Of a stretch of 63,659 bases of DNA, positions 51,901-63,465 are shown in pieces. How positions within the stretch are numbered: the first letter of the stretch is position 1; each line of letters starts with the position of its first letter. Where the stretch lies: positions 396,888-460,546 of the forward strand of contig NMRA01000031.1 of assembly GCA_002633005.1 (NCBI GenBank), read 5' to 3'. The stretch is from Phoronis australis (Eukaryota > Animalia > Phoronida). The notes under the pieces were generated by a model, which worked only from the letters and a program-made list of their open reading frames with translations, was not told the origin of the DNA and searched no databases. The position numbers and the translations under genes were made by a program.

Positions 51901-54900
51901 GCATGTTAAATGGTGTGAACATCGGTTAACTTAATAAGGTGCAAACATATTAACAGCAGCTATCACACCAATGTTGATCTTGATGCATTCAAGTAAGCTT
52001 GGCAAATTGGGCTAAAAATTAAAATGAATGACAACCGAATAAATGATTTAGAAAGGCATTTGTCAGCCAAAGATGCCTAGTTCTGTCCACCCTAGGACAT
52101 TCGGTCAAGTTTTTATGATGGACTCACAACTAGATTGGCGTGACAGTGCCAGGGGTGCAGTCAGCAAAACTCATCTTAAACTGATACTGCGTTTGACCTT
52201 CAGGAGCACAGTTCAAATTTGTCCGAGGAACTCATGGGCCGAAGTCCCGCCATGATCTCATGGGTCAAGGTCCCTCCATGATCTTATGGGCCCAAAGTTC
52301 CTCCTGGAACTCAAGGTCACTTCAGGCCTGCGGGATGAAACTTACAAGAACAGGAGACATGGGGCATCTAAAATAGCTTCAATTGTTTTGTGTCCATCAC
52401 TGTGACAATAGAATTCTGTAACTGTGCCAAAGGCATGTTCAAATTTGAACTTCGCTACGATTTCATACATGGAACTGACAAGAACAACATGTGGCATGAT
52501 TTCTATTAAGTAAAAGAGCCTACCGGTCAATACCAAGCGGAAACTTCTCCTTAGTTCTTTGGAGCTTTTTGCTAATACCCCCATCACACCGGAGGTGCGG
52601 TGCCACTGCCGTTCCACAGTGGTTCCGCTATTAATCGCTGTAGCACCGCGAAAAACTGTCAAAAGCGCAGACCTTCGCGGTGGCATGGCAGAAAGTTTGA
52701 TCATGTTCAAAACTTCCGCCGTACCACCGCGGGTTGGGCCAATCCGCAGTGGGATTGCCGTGACACTGACACGACCGTGGCACCGTACAAGGATCACAGT
52801 AGCACCTCCATCACCGCCATGCTTCCGCAGTACAACTGCCGTGCAATCGCCGAAAATGTGAACTGGCGACCTTACGGCCATCGCGTGGCACGGAGTAAAA
52901 CACTTGTGTGACGGGTAGAGGAAAACTATGAAACACAACTGGCGGTGTTACAACTGTGATGGCGGTTTTGACCAAAAACTGTAGTGGCACCGCGCCTCTG
53001 GTGTGGCGGGGGGTATTACTGATGGCTAATGAATTATAGCTTTTGACAGATTGTAGCTTCTGACCAGAAATTCAGCAACACACAACATAGCAAACTTATT
53101 ACATAACGGTAAACTGCACATGCTTGAACTAACATGTCAGGTACCCTTCACTGTCAGTCAAACTGACTACATGACCATTCAAACCAAGCTATGCTCGACG
53201 CCATGACAACCATTTTTGCTAAAATGTTACACCTTACGAGAGGTTTTAAATAAGAATCTGAAGGACGGTGTTGATTTTATAAATTATAATAAAGTGTAGT
53301 TTAATTTAAACAATGTAAATGGTAATGATGGATATGTTTTGTACAAAAATTATTGTCAAAATAGTCTTTTATTATTTTTAACAGTTGATTATATTGCTGT
53401 GAACAACAAAAAACCTTTCCCAAATGCTGTTGCATAATATCTTCACTTTATGAAACGTAATAATTATGGAGTAAGCTTATTTTTGTTGATATATTTAACG
53501 TAAAATAAAATTTCACTTGTAATACGAGTTAAATATATAAAAAGATTAACAGACAAGTTTTTATGTTCCAACAAACATGCTGGGCAAGCAATCAGACGCT
53601 TGGACTCACATTTCATTCACAAGTTCTTGAACTATGTATACCTAGCTAAAAACGTAACAAGCCGATATGGAAATCCACCTTGTTGAAATTGAGATCTATG
53701 GCTACTGAAGGCCACAAATTGAGATAGCTACTGAAGGTCACAAATTGAGATAGCTAATGAAGGCCACAAATTGAGATGGCTACTGAAGGTCACAAATTGA
53801 GATAGCTACTGAAGGTCACAAATTGAGATAGCTAATGAAGGGCACAAATTTCAGGACTAGATGAGACTACACAAGGGTAGCCACATGGATATTGATTGCA
53901 GGGCTGCAGACAGGATGTTTATACGCGTCAATTAGTTAATGCCATAACAAATAAGCAAAGCGATCAATAAATTAACTAATTAGTATATCAACACATGTCC
54001 AACATTGACATTGGACACACGAATCTTTAGCACCAGACAAACGTGAAACAACGGCGGTCGACCCTACCTAGACGGAGAGTATAAATATTTCTGTGCATTC
54101 GCGGATAGCTTTGTCTTTTTCTTAGCCTGCTTGCTGGGTATAACAGATCCTTTCCTGTGATGACAACAGAGAGGCATGCATGAAACAGAAACCTTGTTAA
54201 CAGACCCCAGATGGTAGTGACCACCCACAGGCAAAAGCAGCGAAGCTCCAGGAGAGAAAAGGAAACAAAACAATGATGTCCAGGTTACTAATATTAGACT
54301 AAACCGTCAATAGGTGACTTGATTTTCATTAGGAAATGCTATTGAAAAAGTTTCCTCTTTTTGCATTATTATTAGACTGAGAACACAAATCAATTCACAA
54401 GCGAGGAGGCATGTGACAGATAAGGGATTCACACGGTATGAATGCATCATTTCTATAAGTGGGATCTCTGTTTCGCAAGCGCCACCTAGTGAATTTCAAG
54501 TTCTTTATAAGTTACCCTTTGGTCTCCCACCAATGGAACATTCCAACAAGGCTTATCCCCTCTACAAGCCCAAGGGAAGAAGAAAATCTAAAGCCTGCTA
54601 CATATCAATAAAAAAACAAACAGCCATTAGATAGCCAGAGAAGCCTAGACACCACAATTTACATGTCTAGCAGGAAGAGAACAGGTAAGCCCACTATAGT
54701 GGTTAGGAGCCAGTTCCTTTACAAACGTGTGGACAACTCTACATAAGCGCAGAGAAATGGTGGAGCAACCAAAGGCGAGTGGACTCACAACTGCTCTACC
54801 AAAGAGACACTCAAGAAGAGGGAGAGTCCTTCATACACTGTTAGTATTGTTAAGTGAACTGTCAAGGAAATTAATGTGTTCTTTAGCTACAGCTAGATTG

Positions 54901-57900
54901 AGCATAAAGTTTGAAGGTCAAACAAAGACACACTATCCGCCAGTGTAAGCACTGCACTAGCCAACGACCATATTGTGAAAGCAACAAGACTTAGTGCCTT
55001 GCCTTTTGAGTCTAGTATACACTCTGGTTACAGACTAATCTGCACCGGGTGAAGAGTGAGTGATGACGAAGCATTCAAGCCAGGTACGGATACTAACAGA
55101 CACATAAACACTCCAACAGACAGAGTAACTACAGTACAGGGTGCCTGCTGGGGCTAGTCACAATCACATGTTCATGTTACTACAACAACATCAATATACA
55201 ACGATTTGTCTGTTGTTCTTAAAGTTACGCAATGCAAATGTAATTTTGCGGTGCAGGTTGAGCTCGTCAAATAAAATCCCATGTTTCCTCTATAATACAA
55301 CCAGTTTCTGAAAATTTAAGACATTTGGAAATGTTCATCAGTTCACTTTACAGTCAGTTCCAAAAGTGTCACAAAACAGATAAATTTTCAAGTCAAGTGT
55401 CAACTAAAGCTTGGCTAAATTGCCTCCCCTTAATCGATGTTAGCTTGACAATCAAGAATTTTTCAAAAAATTTTTACCCGTAAAGCAGGTATGTGTACGC
55501 TGGCAAAAATGAAACAGCTTAGATTGCAGAATTACAAAATCGTGAAATGTCAACTTATATCTGAGACAGATAGCTCACCTCTCTTCTTGTAACCATTTGT
55601 CTTGACTATCTACACTTTCCTGAAACAAAAGGAAACGTGAACCGACATTTACGTACAAGTGTCTTGAACATGAATATCGTTGACACGAAGATTTGTTAAC
55701 GAGTAAAGAAACAAGGTGAATGAGAAACAAGCTTTCATACAGTTTAACTTCGAATCTTTATCATAAGAATTTTGAAAAACCCATAAAGTGCTTAAAACCA
55801 CCATTTATCTTGCTTTAACAAGTGACTACATTGCTTGCATCATTAAACCTTCTCTTATAGCACTACACATCACAACCGTGAACTCAATATCCTGAAAACG
55901 AGAAAATAGAAGAAAAACGACTTCAGTAAGTTTCTCAGCTCCATAGACACAAATGTGACATAGGAAAGTACCCAGCACTAGTGTGTCATGTCCACCAACT
56001 AGTGAGTTTCTTGTACACACATGTGCCATACCGCTCTTCTCCGATATCTCGCGGAAAAGTGAAAAGAGCCACAGCGTGGCCTAAATACTGCGTTGTCACA
56101 ACCAGCACAAACGCAACGCCTCTACATTCCTTGTTACACCATAAACCACAGAAAAACAAACAGCAATATGTGATCACTTTTCACACTAAACGCAATGGAG
56201 GATGACTAGCGCTTTGTTTGGTTGTCCCCATTTCAGGTAGTATGTGTGGACGAATAAATGCTTGTAACTCAAGAATAGCTAATTAACATATCGTCAGATA
56301 GTGTTTGCAGGTGTTCTAAATTGACAGTTGATCGACTGGTGAGGGTTTTTTTGTGTTTTTGATATGAAACTAGTCATTTTAAGCACTTAAAAATTTTAAT
56401 TAATATTCAGACAAAGAGCAACTGTAGTAGATAAAGAACTGAAATAGGACAAAGCGAGCATACCTTCACGTTCGCAAAAAATGTAGAGATGTGTATCATA
56501 CACACAAGCTACCTAAACTACACGGTCAACGGACTCAAAAACACGGGAACGGACGCATGAACACGACTCACGGACCGGCAAACACCGTCCACTGACTCAC
56601 AAACACGGGAACGGACTCACAAAACACGATCCACGCACCCAAATACACGGGACACGGACTCATATTCACGAGGAAACACGGTTAACGGACCGCCAAACAC
56701 GGTCAACGGACAAAATGTCAACTTCAGCGTTGACAGCTGTGTAATGGGTGCGAGATTAAATATATTTTTGATGTTATTTTTGTCTGTACTGTGATGTAAT
56801 TGTTGTGATTTAGAAACAATAAACATTATTGAAACTAANNNNNNNNNNNNNNNNNNNNNNNNNNNNNNNNNNNNNNNNNNNNNNNNNNNNNNNNNNNNNN
56901 NNNNNNNNNNNNNNNNNNNNNNNNNNNNNNNNNNNNNNNGCTGAAGTTGACATTTTGTCCGTTGACCGTGTTTGGCGGTCCGTTAACCGTGTTTCCTCGT
57001 GAATATGAGTCCGTGTCCCGTGTATTTGGGTGCGTGGATCGTGTTTTGTGAGTCCGTTCCCGTGTTTGTGAGTCAGTGGACGGTGTTTGCTGGTCCGTGA
57101 GTCGTGTTCATGCGTCCGTTCCCGTGTTTTTAGTCCGTTGACCGTGTAGTTTAGGTACCTTGACACAGCAGGATTAAAATCTGCCATTTGTTGACCCACG
57201 AAATTCATACAAATTACGTTTCATGTGGCATGGAAGTTTTCTTATCTTTTAATCTTGAAATAACGGAAATGTCCACAAACTGGGACCCACCAGAGTTGAG
57301 GTTATGCTTTTCACACAAATTTCCAAGAAAAAGTCGTCTAAAAGACGACACTTACTGTATGATGCTTTGAGGGTGGTCTGCGGTGAGCTAAGGCCCCGAG
57401 GTGAGCTTTGTTCTTATTGGCTGTTGAATCCAACAATGGCGTTACAGGAATGGCGTCAATAGATAACCTCTTGTTGTTATTATTCTTTTGAGACGGTAAA
57501 TCTACAAGAAATAACAGGGAATGTGACATGTGCCAAGACTTCAGCACAAACATTTTTACTATAGAACTCTGTTAGAATTGATTTTTGTAGTGTTATTAAT
57601 TATTTTGGCAAAGCAAACTATCAGTAAAATATGTAAATCATTATCATAGTTTCCGAGTTATCAGTTGATATTTGATAAACAACATTTCCATGTGTTTTGA
57701 AACATGTTTTACAGCATGATTTTTGTTTTCTCAATCAACCAATTATAGTCATTTCTGTTTTCAGCCAATCAATTATCAAAAGAAAATATTTACACCATCA
57801 CAATTCACAAAGGACTGTAGGGAAACCAACTGCGCACCATGAAATCCTTGTTAAGTGTATCACGAAGTTACATGTGTTTAATACACTGCGCACTTAAGTA

Positions 57901-60536
57901 GGACATAGATAATGAACATAAATGTTGAGTTATGAAACCCTGACACAGCAAGGGTCTGCAGTTATTCATTTTTGTGCACTTTAAAAATGACACTGGTCCT
58001 AAAGTGCCGAAGCTGGTGCCTCAGTTAAGTGTCATGGCAGCTGAGAGACATACCTCTATTGTTCCCTTCAGGTGATGAGATGTCTGTATCTGCAGACATC
58101 TCCGAAAGACTGTCGGGCTCAACCGGTGAGGAGGCTGATACTGTAACGATACACAGATGGCTTTAGGAACAGTACACTACTACAATACATAGTTTATAAA
58201 TGGTGAGTAAAAGTTGATATTTTTTAATTTTAGTCTTCACCAACACTGAGAGCCTATCACAAAGTAGTGATGTCCTGATCCTGTGGAATCAACAATGTGA
58301 CTTCAAGACGAGAATGTGTGCACTTCAGTAACTGTGTAATGTGCTATAACTGGTTCTTTATATTAAATCAAGTGTTCCCCTGAACCACCCTCACTGAAAT
58401 TGAGGTACCTGCCTACGACCACAGGTGGCAGCAGGTCATTGTCACCGTGTGACCAGGAAGTGATTTCAGCTGGAATCTTAGTGAGAACCTTAGTCAGCAA
58501 AGCTCGAGGTGAACAAACCTAGCCAATCACTGTGGTATGACCATTGACTTTTGAACATAACTATGGTGCGACCCTGCTATCAAATAAAACAGTGAAGTTG
58601 CAAGTAAACTGAACGATTTCCTTGATTAATGTCTGTTATGTCTAAAATAATCAACAAATTACAGGTAAATATGCATTCACCAGAATTATAATAAAAATTT
58701 CAATTGCTTAATCAAATAATATACTCTGCTTTACTATTTCGGTCAGCTTATTTAATTCTTCATTTACACAAAATTATGGACTGGATCAAGCCACAGGCAC
58801 TCACTTCCTTGTTTCAATACCTAGTATGTATCCGTGTTCTTTCTGGCTAACCTTTGTTAACCACTCTTGATAAACCAAAGGTCAAACATCCCATGACAAG
58901 AAACCGGCCCAGTTGGCACTACCTTTTGTGTGGACACATTGCAGATTGAAGTGCAGAATAAAAAGTCATGTGAACAAAGCTTAAGAGAAAACTAGAGCCA
59001 TGTGAACGGAGCTTCAGAGAAAAAAGCATGTGAACAAAGCTTAAAAAACAAGACCATGCAAATGAAGCTACAGCCATGTGATTGTTCTGTACAGCCTGAC
59101 ACAAACTATGTCTTCATCAAACAACAGACTGTTACATGGGTATTATAGTTTGTGGATGACGTAGGACGTCACATTGCAGTGCAGCATAATCGACCCAATT
59201 TTCGACTTCTGGTGACTTTACCATTTTGTGCAGTGTTGTACTCCACTGGAGGTATCTCATCTTTAGGTAGTTGAATGGGCAGACCAGCTGCTCTCTGAGT
59301 TTCTTCAAGATTCCTCTCCAAATTGTGAATCTTGAATAAAAGGAAAATGGGTTATAAGAATCTACTAACTTCAAGGCAAAAGAAATGGATGCACAATTCT
59401 CAAGATATTCTTTTCACTTTCAATACAAAATCTGAACATTTTTAGAACATATCAAAGCCTGTCGTTATATGTAACAATTTCCGACATCCTGAAACAATGC
59501 TGAACAGGAAAATACAAAAACAAATTTAAATCCCACCAGCCCCAAAGTCGCCCAGCATAACCTACCTTGTCTGTCAGCTGCTTGACCAGTGTCTTGTAAT
59601 GTTGCTCCATGTCCCCCTGCACCCTGGACTGTGACACCCTCTCTTGGTACACTTCCCTTTCCCTGTCCTGATACTCTTTAACAAGCCTCTTAGCCTTCTG
59701 GTACTTCTTGTCAAGAGCGGCATGCTCCTCCTGAAGAGTCTTTTCCAGCTGTTTGTACTGTCCCTGCGACCCTTCCAGCACCTCCTATGTGTGAGCGTGT
59801 GAACAACGTTAACTTTATACACGAGGAAGGGTCTCTCACGTAACCATGTGATCCACTATTCAAGGGACTCACTCGATTTTGGAGTCGAAAAATGCATTTC
59901 CACTGTTACTGTTAGATGGGACAAGTTACTCGAATTTTTAGCTTTCATAATTTCTGAATAAAAGTTTGGCCAAGTATTTATGAGCATCAACCTTTAGAAA
60001 TAATTTATTGAAATTATCTCAGCAGTTAGCTTTTGTGGATATATTCTCAGGAAGCAATATTTAATTTTTTCAGAAATAGTTGTAGTCCTCCAGGACTGCA
60101 TAGACCAATTTCTGACTTAAGTGATTTTTCAAGAAACAGGCCCATGGGATTATTTCATGAAAAGTGATTAAAGACACAAGTCAGAAATTTAAAAAAATAT
60201 TCATAGTCTCACTCCAGGAAAATACAAAAGATCCAGGGATGTACCCATAATTACAAGTTAAACAGACAATTTCCATAAATTATTCCTAATCTGTTATATG
60301 ATGTTAATTACACAGTGAAAATACAACTTTTTTCTTTTAAAACAGAAAGTGGTTGTACAAGACATAAGTTCTGCGCCACCTTCCAGATTCTCTAGAACTG
60401 TGCTCACCTGGAAGCCCGTTGCCTCCTGGTCCTTTAACTGTAGTATACGTTCGGAGTCACGTAACTTCTGTGACAGTTCTTCGCACTTCTTCTCGTAGTG
60501 CTTCTTCTGGGACTCCATGTTCTCCAGTAGAATCAT
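36797..60536 (-). CDS. PPP1R9A: Neurabin/spinophilin (PPP1R9 family), 3' half: join(60536-60408,59784-59566,59330-59222,58140-58054,57501-57356,55619-55579,48385-48180,41821-41669,40264-40152,39564-39391,36955-36797); actin-binding, PP1-binding and PDZ exons lie beyond the window
   Basis: All 11 exons have AG/GT ends with consecutive phases 0,0,1,1,0,2,1,1,0,0 and no stops. Neurabin hallmarks: coiled coil LDKKYQKAKRLVKEYQDRE, LEETQRAAGLPIQLP, AIPVTPLLDSTANKNKAHL..RRPPS, and SAM domain EWSVDQVCQWLMGLELEQY...LLQLDSNKMKVLGINSSKDRALLKKKIK followed by a terminal coiled coil. Confidence 0.93.
37348..37842. mobile_element. hAT-like MITE with 6-bp TSD
   Basis: TIRs cagggcttggaat / attccaaaccttg; attcga on both flanks; cgcggaaa subterminal repeats. 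Confidence 0.85.
39391..39564 (-). CDS. PPP1R9A: Neurabin SAM-domain exon
   Basis: EWSVDQVCQWLMGLELEQYAPEFTNRAIDGAGLLQLDSNKMK; gatag acceptor, AAG|gtaggt donor. Confidence 0.95.
40152..40264 (-). CDS. PPP1R9A: Neurabin exon (DSQSQSSLSSSAMVSDYDNEGRSQTYDFG...)
   Basis: tgtgtctttcag acceptor, GAT|gtaagt donor, phase 1-0. Confidence 0.87.
41669..41821 (-). CDS. PPP1R9A: Neurabin exon (SLTPASVAFS...SGITLTKLRPL...GGIKLLSSRSLDTGYSYQ)
   Basis: ctttgacatttcag acceptor (alternative in-frame acceptor would start the exon at 41800), G|gtaagt donor, phase 1-1. Confidence 0.82.
41861..41891. repeat. (GA)n microsatellite; a (CT)n pyrimidine tract on the neurabin strand just upstream of the 41821 acceptor
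   Basis: gagaggggagagagagagagagagagagag. Confidence 0.85.
42664..43577 (+). mobile_element. Helentron/HINE-like element copy 1 (5' end aacaagag; tandem ~145-bp units with gccactag motif)
   Basis: Unit motifs at 42751, 42897, 43041, 43195, 43339, 43483; high similarity to 50504-51408 and 63466-63659; cut off at 43578 by a cagggccgtagg element. Confidence 0.8.
44437..44538. repeat. 36-bp minisatellite, ~3 copies
   Basis: Unit tatatctgcgcgtgcacgacaggtgtacacaggcac. Confidence 0.9.
46018..46614. other. Assembly gap (N run)
   Basis: Run of n. Confidence 1.
47603..47977. mobile_element. MITE with ~50-bp imperfect TIRs
   Basis: ggaggatttcattacggcactgtggcgagttttcaaaaatgcattgtgggac versus gtaccacaatgcacatgaaaaacttcagcaatgccgtagacgaatcccccga. 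Confidence 0.7.
48180..48385 (-). CDS. PPP1R9A: Neurabin exon (DSPYDENVS...SGITLVSSRPLAAPTKT)
   Basis: tattgttatccag acceptor, G|gtatgt donor, phase 2-1. Confidence 0.88.
49348..49556. repeat. 50-bp minisatellite, ~4.2 copies
   Basis: ctagcagtgt recurs at 49391, 49441, 49491, 49541. Confidence 0.95.
50504..51408 (+). mobile_element. Helentron/HINE-like element copy 2 (3' end intact)
   Basis: Same tandem units (motifs at 50623, 50774, 50919, 51060, 51221), then (ACGG)n at ~51347-51360, hairpin gcgtccacat-ataaac-atgtgggtgc and an A-run. This is the pearl/DINE-1/HINE 3' architecture. Confidence 0.82.
51702..51758 (-). CDS. PPP1R9A: Candidate neurabin cassette exon (IENITEFFNVLDEFDDVLG)
   Basis: ggattcttgcag acceptor, GG|gtacgt donor, 57 nt, symmetric phase 2-2, open, encodes an amphipathic acidic helix. 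Confidence 0.55.
52227..52317. repeat. ~26-bp imperfect tandem repeat, ~3 copies
   Basis: Unit like gatctcatgggtcaaggtccctccat. Confidence 0.7.
52576..53014. mobile_element. PIF/Harbinger (Tourist-like) MITE
   Basis: ~32-bp TIRs tacccccatcacaccggaggtgcggtgccact / agtggcaccgcgcctctggtgtggcgggggta; TAA/TTA flanks; GC-rich interior. Confidence 0.9.
53686..53850. repeat. 26-bp minisatellite, ~6 copies
   Basis: Unit aaattgagatagctactgaaggtcac. Confidence 0.95.
54068..54154 (-). CDS. PPP1R9A: Candidate neurabin cassette exon (KGSVIPSKQAKKKTKLSANAQKYLYSPS)
   Basis: ctctctgttgtcatcacag acceptor, AG|gtaggg donor, 87 nt, symmetric phase 2-2, open in the required frame. Confidence 0.6.
55579..55619 (-). 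CDS. PPP1R9A: Neurabin exon (ESVDSQDKWLQEER)
   Basis: ccttttgtttcag acceptor, AG|gtgagc donor, 41 nt, phase 0-2; needed to bridge the phases. Confidence 0.82.
56512..57155. mobile_element. Young foldback MITE with ~217-bp near-identical inverted arms, TA TSD, gap in the spacer
   Basis: ta|cctaaactacacggtcaacggact...gtcaacttcagc (to 56728) is mirrored by gctgaagttgac...gtgtagtttagg|ta (56940-57155); N gap at 56839-56939. Confidence 0.92.
57356..57501 (-). CDS. PPP1R9A: Neurabin exon (AIPVTPLLDSTANKNKAHLGALAHRRPPSK)
   Basis: ttatttcttgtag acceptor, ACA|gtaagt donor, phase 1-0; resembles the conserved neurabin P...LDS...K.KA.L...R.PS motif. Confidence 0.88.
58054..58140 (-). CDS. PPP1R9A: Neurabin exon (SASSPVEPDSLSEMSADTDISSPEGNNR)
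   Basis: atcgttacag acceptor, G|gtatgt donor, 87 nt, phase 1-1. Confidence 0.82.
59222..59330 (-). CDS. PPP1R9A: Neurabin exon (IHNLERNLEETQRAAGLPIQLP...)
   Basis: ttttccttttattcaag acceptor, G|gtaaag donor, phase 0-1. Confidence 0.88.
59566..59784 (-). CDS. PPP1R9A: Neurabin exon (coiled coil EVLEGSQGQY...KKYQKAKRLVKEYQ)
   Basis: cacatag acceptor, AAG|gtaggt donor, 219 nt, phase 0-0. Confidence 0.93.
60408..60536 (-). CDS. PPP1R9A: Neurabin exon (coiled coil MILLENMESQKKHYEKK...)
   Basis: ttacgttacag acceptor, CAG|gtgagc donor, 129 nt, phase 0-0. Confidence 0.9.
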
Positions 60537-63465
60537 CTGTAACGTAAGGTGCACGTGAACATATCGCATAACACAACATGACTGCCAACACCGTCAGGAA
60601 CACAGCGGTCTTAAAGAAAACATGTACCTCATTGGAAAATCAGCAAAATACCGCAGCAAAAATTTTGGCTAACTTATAAACAATTGATAATATATTTTCA
60701 TCAGATTTTGTTCTGCAACTTTTACCATTATAGCATCAAAAAGACAAAACATGTTCAACGAGATTTTGTTATTTTCCTGCCCCAAGGTTTGTCCTATGTA
60801 ACCACATCTCATGCGCCTGATTTCTCACCTGTACTACAGATGTGTTACATTTCTATCTAAACAATTCACATCTCAATTAAGGTAGACACTGTTAACTAAC
60901 CCAAGGGGATAAACAAAATGACCGCAAACTGATAGAAAACCGACAACATTTCGAAATTTCACGGTGTTAACAGAACACCGCTTTTCCATAAAATTACCAA
61001 TTATAGAATACAAAATCGTTAAATGAACCCCAGAGTGTACAAGTAACAAACGAGAAAGAAAAAAAGTGGAAACAAGAAAAAAGTGGAAATAAGAATTATT
61101 GGCCGAGCAAACAGATAAAGAATAACATCAGATAATATAGACAGGATACTAGAGTTTACATTTCATGAGTTACTCAACGACAGAAACTGACATGCAGACT
61201 GAGCATCATTCCTTCAATATAATAGTTTTGTTTACACAACCTCCAGTCTGTTTACACAGGCATGACGTTTGGTTGGTCATTGACCAGCACAAACTTGTAG
61301 TCATACCTGAAGACGGCTGGGAAATGGTGCAAACACACTAACAAATTTTAGATATGTCGCGACTACATCGGCGCATCACAGCAGTTAATACAGCTAGAAC
61401 CAACAAGGTGAATAGCAAACGACACAGGCACAACACTCACTACAGGACGACCTGGATGTTGTACACTAATGCTGTACAGGAAAGTTTGAGACACATTTCA
61501 GGCATAAAATAACACATTTAGCAAATTCAAAGTACACTTGTCATGTAAATAAAGATTTCATCTGACACATTATAGGAGCAGACAACATTTAAGTGTAACA
61601 GCAATAAAACGCGTCATGCTTGAGTGACGATTGATCTACCTTTATCGCCTCCTGGTGTTGACAGTGGAAAATCAATATAGATCAAGAGACAGCTTAGGAT
61701 TGGAAATAAAACTGTTGATATGATTTGAGATCAGACTGCAGATCTGTAACAGTTTATGTCTAAGGTCCATGGTACTCAGAACACTCAACTGATGAAGACC
61801 ACAACACATTACACAAACATGCGAGAAATGTACTGTAATCTGCACTCTATCGCACAGTGACATATTAGGTGGAATTTCGACAGACTGGTAATTATTTGCT
61901 GAAGTCCAATAGTTGGACTATACCGAGATAAGATTTGAACACCTATTAGGCAGAAAAAACAAACGATAGTACCAAGCATTTGAGTAGCCCATTCATATCA
62001 CAATTGTTTTGAGAACTGCACCCAACCGTGATTGTTATCATGAAATAACAATTTGCTATCGGACACTACAGTGCACTTAATAAATATCTGTCTAAAGGGT
62101 GGCAACGATGCCATACCTGGCCACCAGGGGGACGACGAAAATTGACAAACTTCCAAGAGTCAACTATCTAGAGTCATGCCTCAGTTGTCGCGTAGACATC
62201 CAGGAGTTACTCGTTCAGCAAAATATTCACAAGCTGTACTCTGGAAGGTGCCTCTTTTGCTTTGTGTCAGCCATAAACACAACACACAGAGATGACATAC
62301 TATATATAGACACGAGTGTGAAGTATACAGCTATACACCCCACAACACAGCAATAGTTGGTCAGCAGAGAGTACCCACCTTGGCTCGAAGCTTGGCCAGT
62401 TCTGCTTCTGTTACTGCATTCTTGTACTGGGCCTACAATACGGCACACATTTCAGACAGAGAAGATAACAATACCAATGGAACAGATCTGTGAACATGCA
62501 GCTGAACTGTATACAAGATCAAAAGGATTGAATCATGAGACACGGATATTCTTTTCCAGGTTTGAACCTGTGCCCTTTAGGCACACCCCTTGATAAAAAG
62601 TGAGCCTTTTTTCAAAAAGTTGTGCCCAGCAAAATCAGTCTAATTAAAGTGGTAACATATGAAACAGAAACCCCAAAGGCAATCGAAATACTAATGGAGT
62701 CATATTTTACCCGATTACCAGACTGGCAGTAAGTCAACTAGAATCTTGCATTTTTGAAAGAGTGTTATGTTTTAAATGATGTGTCTGCTGGTTGCACTGC
62801 TGCAATGTACTTGCGCCTTTTTATTTTTTATGCGCTAACAGTGCAAAGGCACAGGTAAGGAATATCCCTGATGAGAGCAGGAATAAAAGTTGACGATTAC
62901 GCTAAAGCTTTGTAAGAACACATTAAACGCCAACATAATGGATATGACAATACCTTTGATGATGTGAATCATGTTTGAGAAGGATCATACAACATTTCTG
63001 TTTAAACTTCAGTAAAGCGCCATCTTCAGTGATTGATTTACAATCCACCCAATAGATGGCCACACGGTGAACAACACCATCTAACCAACTAAATCCACCA
63101 CAATACAAGAGCAACGCAGAGCGTTGAAATGCGCCCACAATTGCACCGTATACGGTATCCTTCTAGGGTTGTTTATTGGTACCATAAAGTGGCCAGTAGA
63201 GGGCATATATGTAGTATGTTGTACTTTGCAAAATGGAAAGGCATGGTACTTGTCTCCTCAATAGGCTAGGGGCAAAATGTGAGTAATCTTCATAATACAA
63301 GCACATCCTATACACCAGTTGCTTAAAGCACCACAGAAACATAGAATTAAAAACAAATTTACCAACATACGAGATTAGCACAGCATTAGAATGCCAGAAA
63401 CAAATTTCTACTTGGAACTTATCCTTCATAGTCACGAAGTAACACAAAGTACACACCTGAAGAAA

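Noticed and set aside
52342-52938. 198-aa ORF and overlapping ORFs
   Set aside because: They overlap a GC-rich Harbinger-type MITE that is open in several frames; no recognisable domain.
49348-53850. 50-bp and 26-bp periodic arrays as CRISPR arrays
   Set aside because: The units are contiguous with no unique spacers, there are no cas genes, and the context is spliced eukaryotic genes.
62117-62167. Possible phase 0-0 neurabin exon IVDSWKFVNFRRPPGGQ or internal first exon (CAG|gtatgg donor)
   Set aside because: Good donor but weak acceptor and no family similarity; unsupported without transcript data.
63163-63456. 97-aa ORF following a strong minus-strand acceptor (tattttcttcag)
   Set aside because: Composition is unlike neurabin, no matching donor was found, and it abuts a HINE copy.
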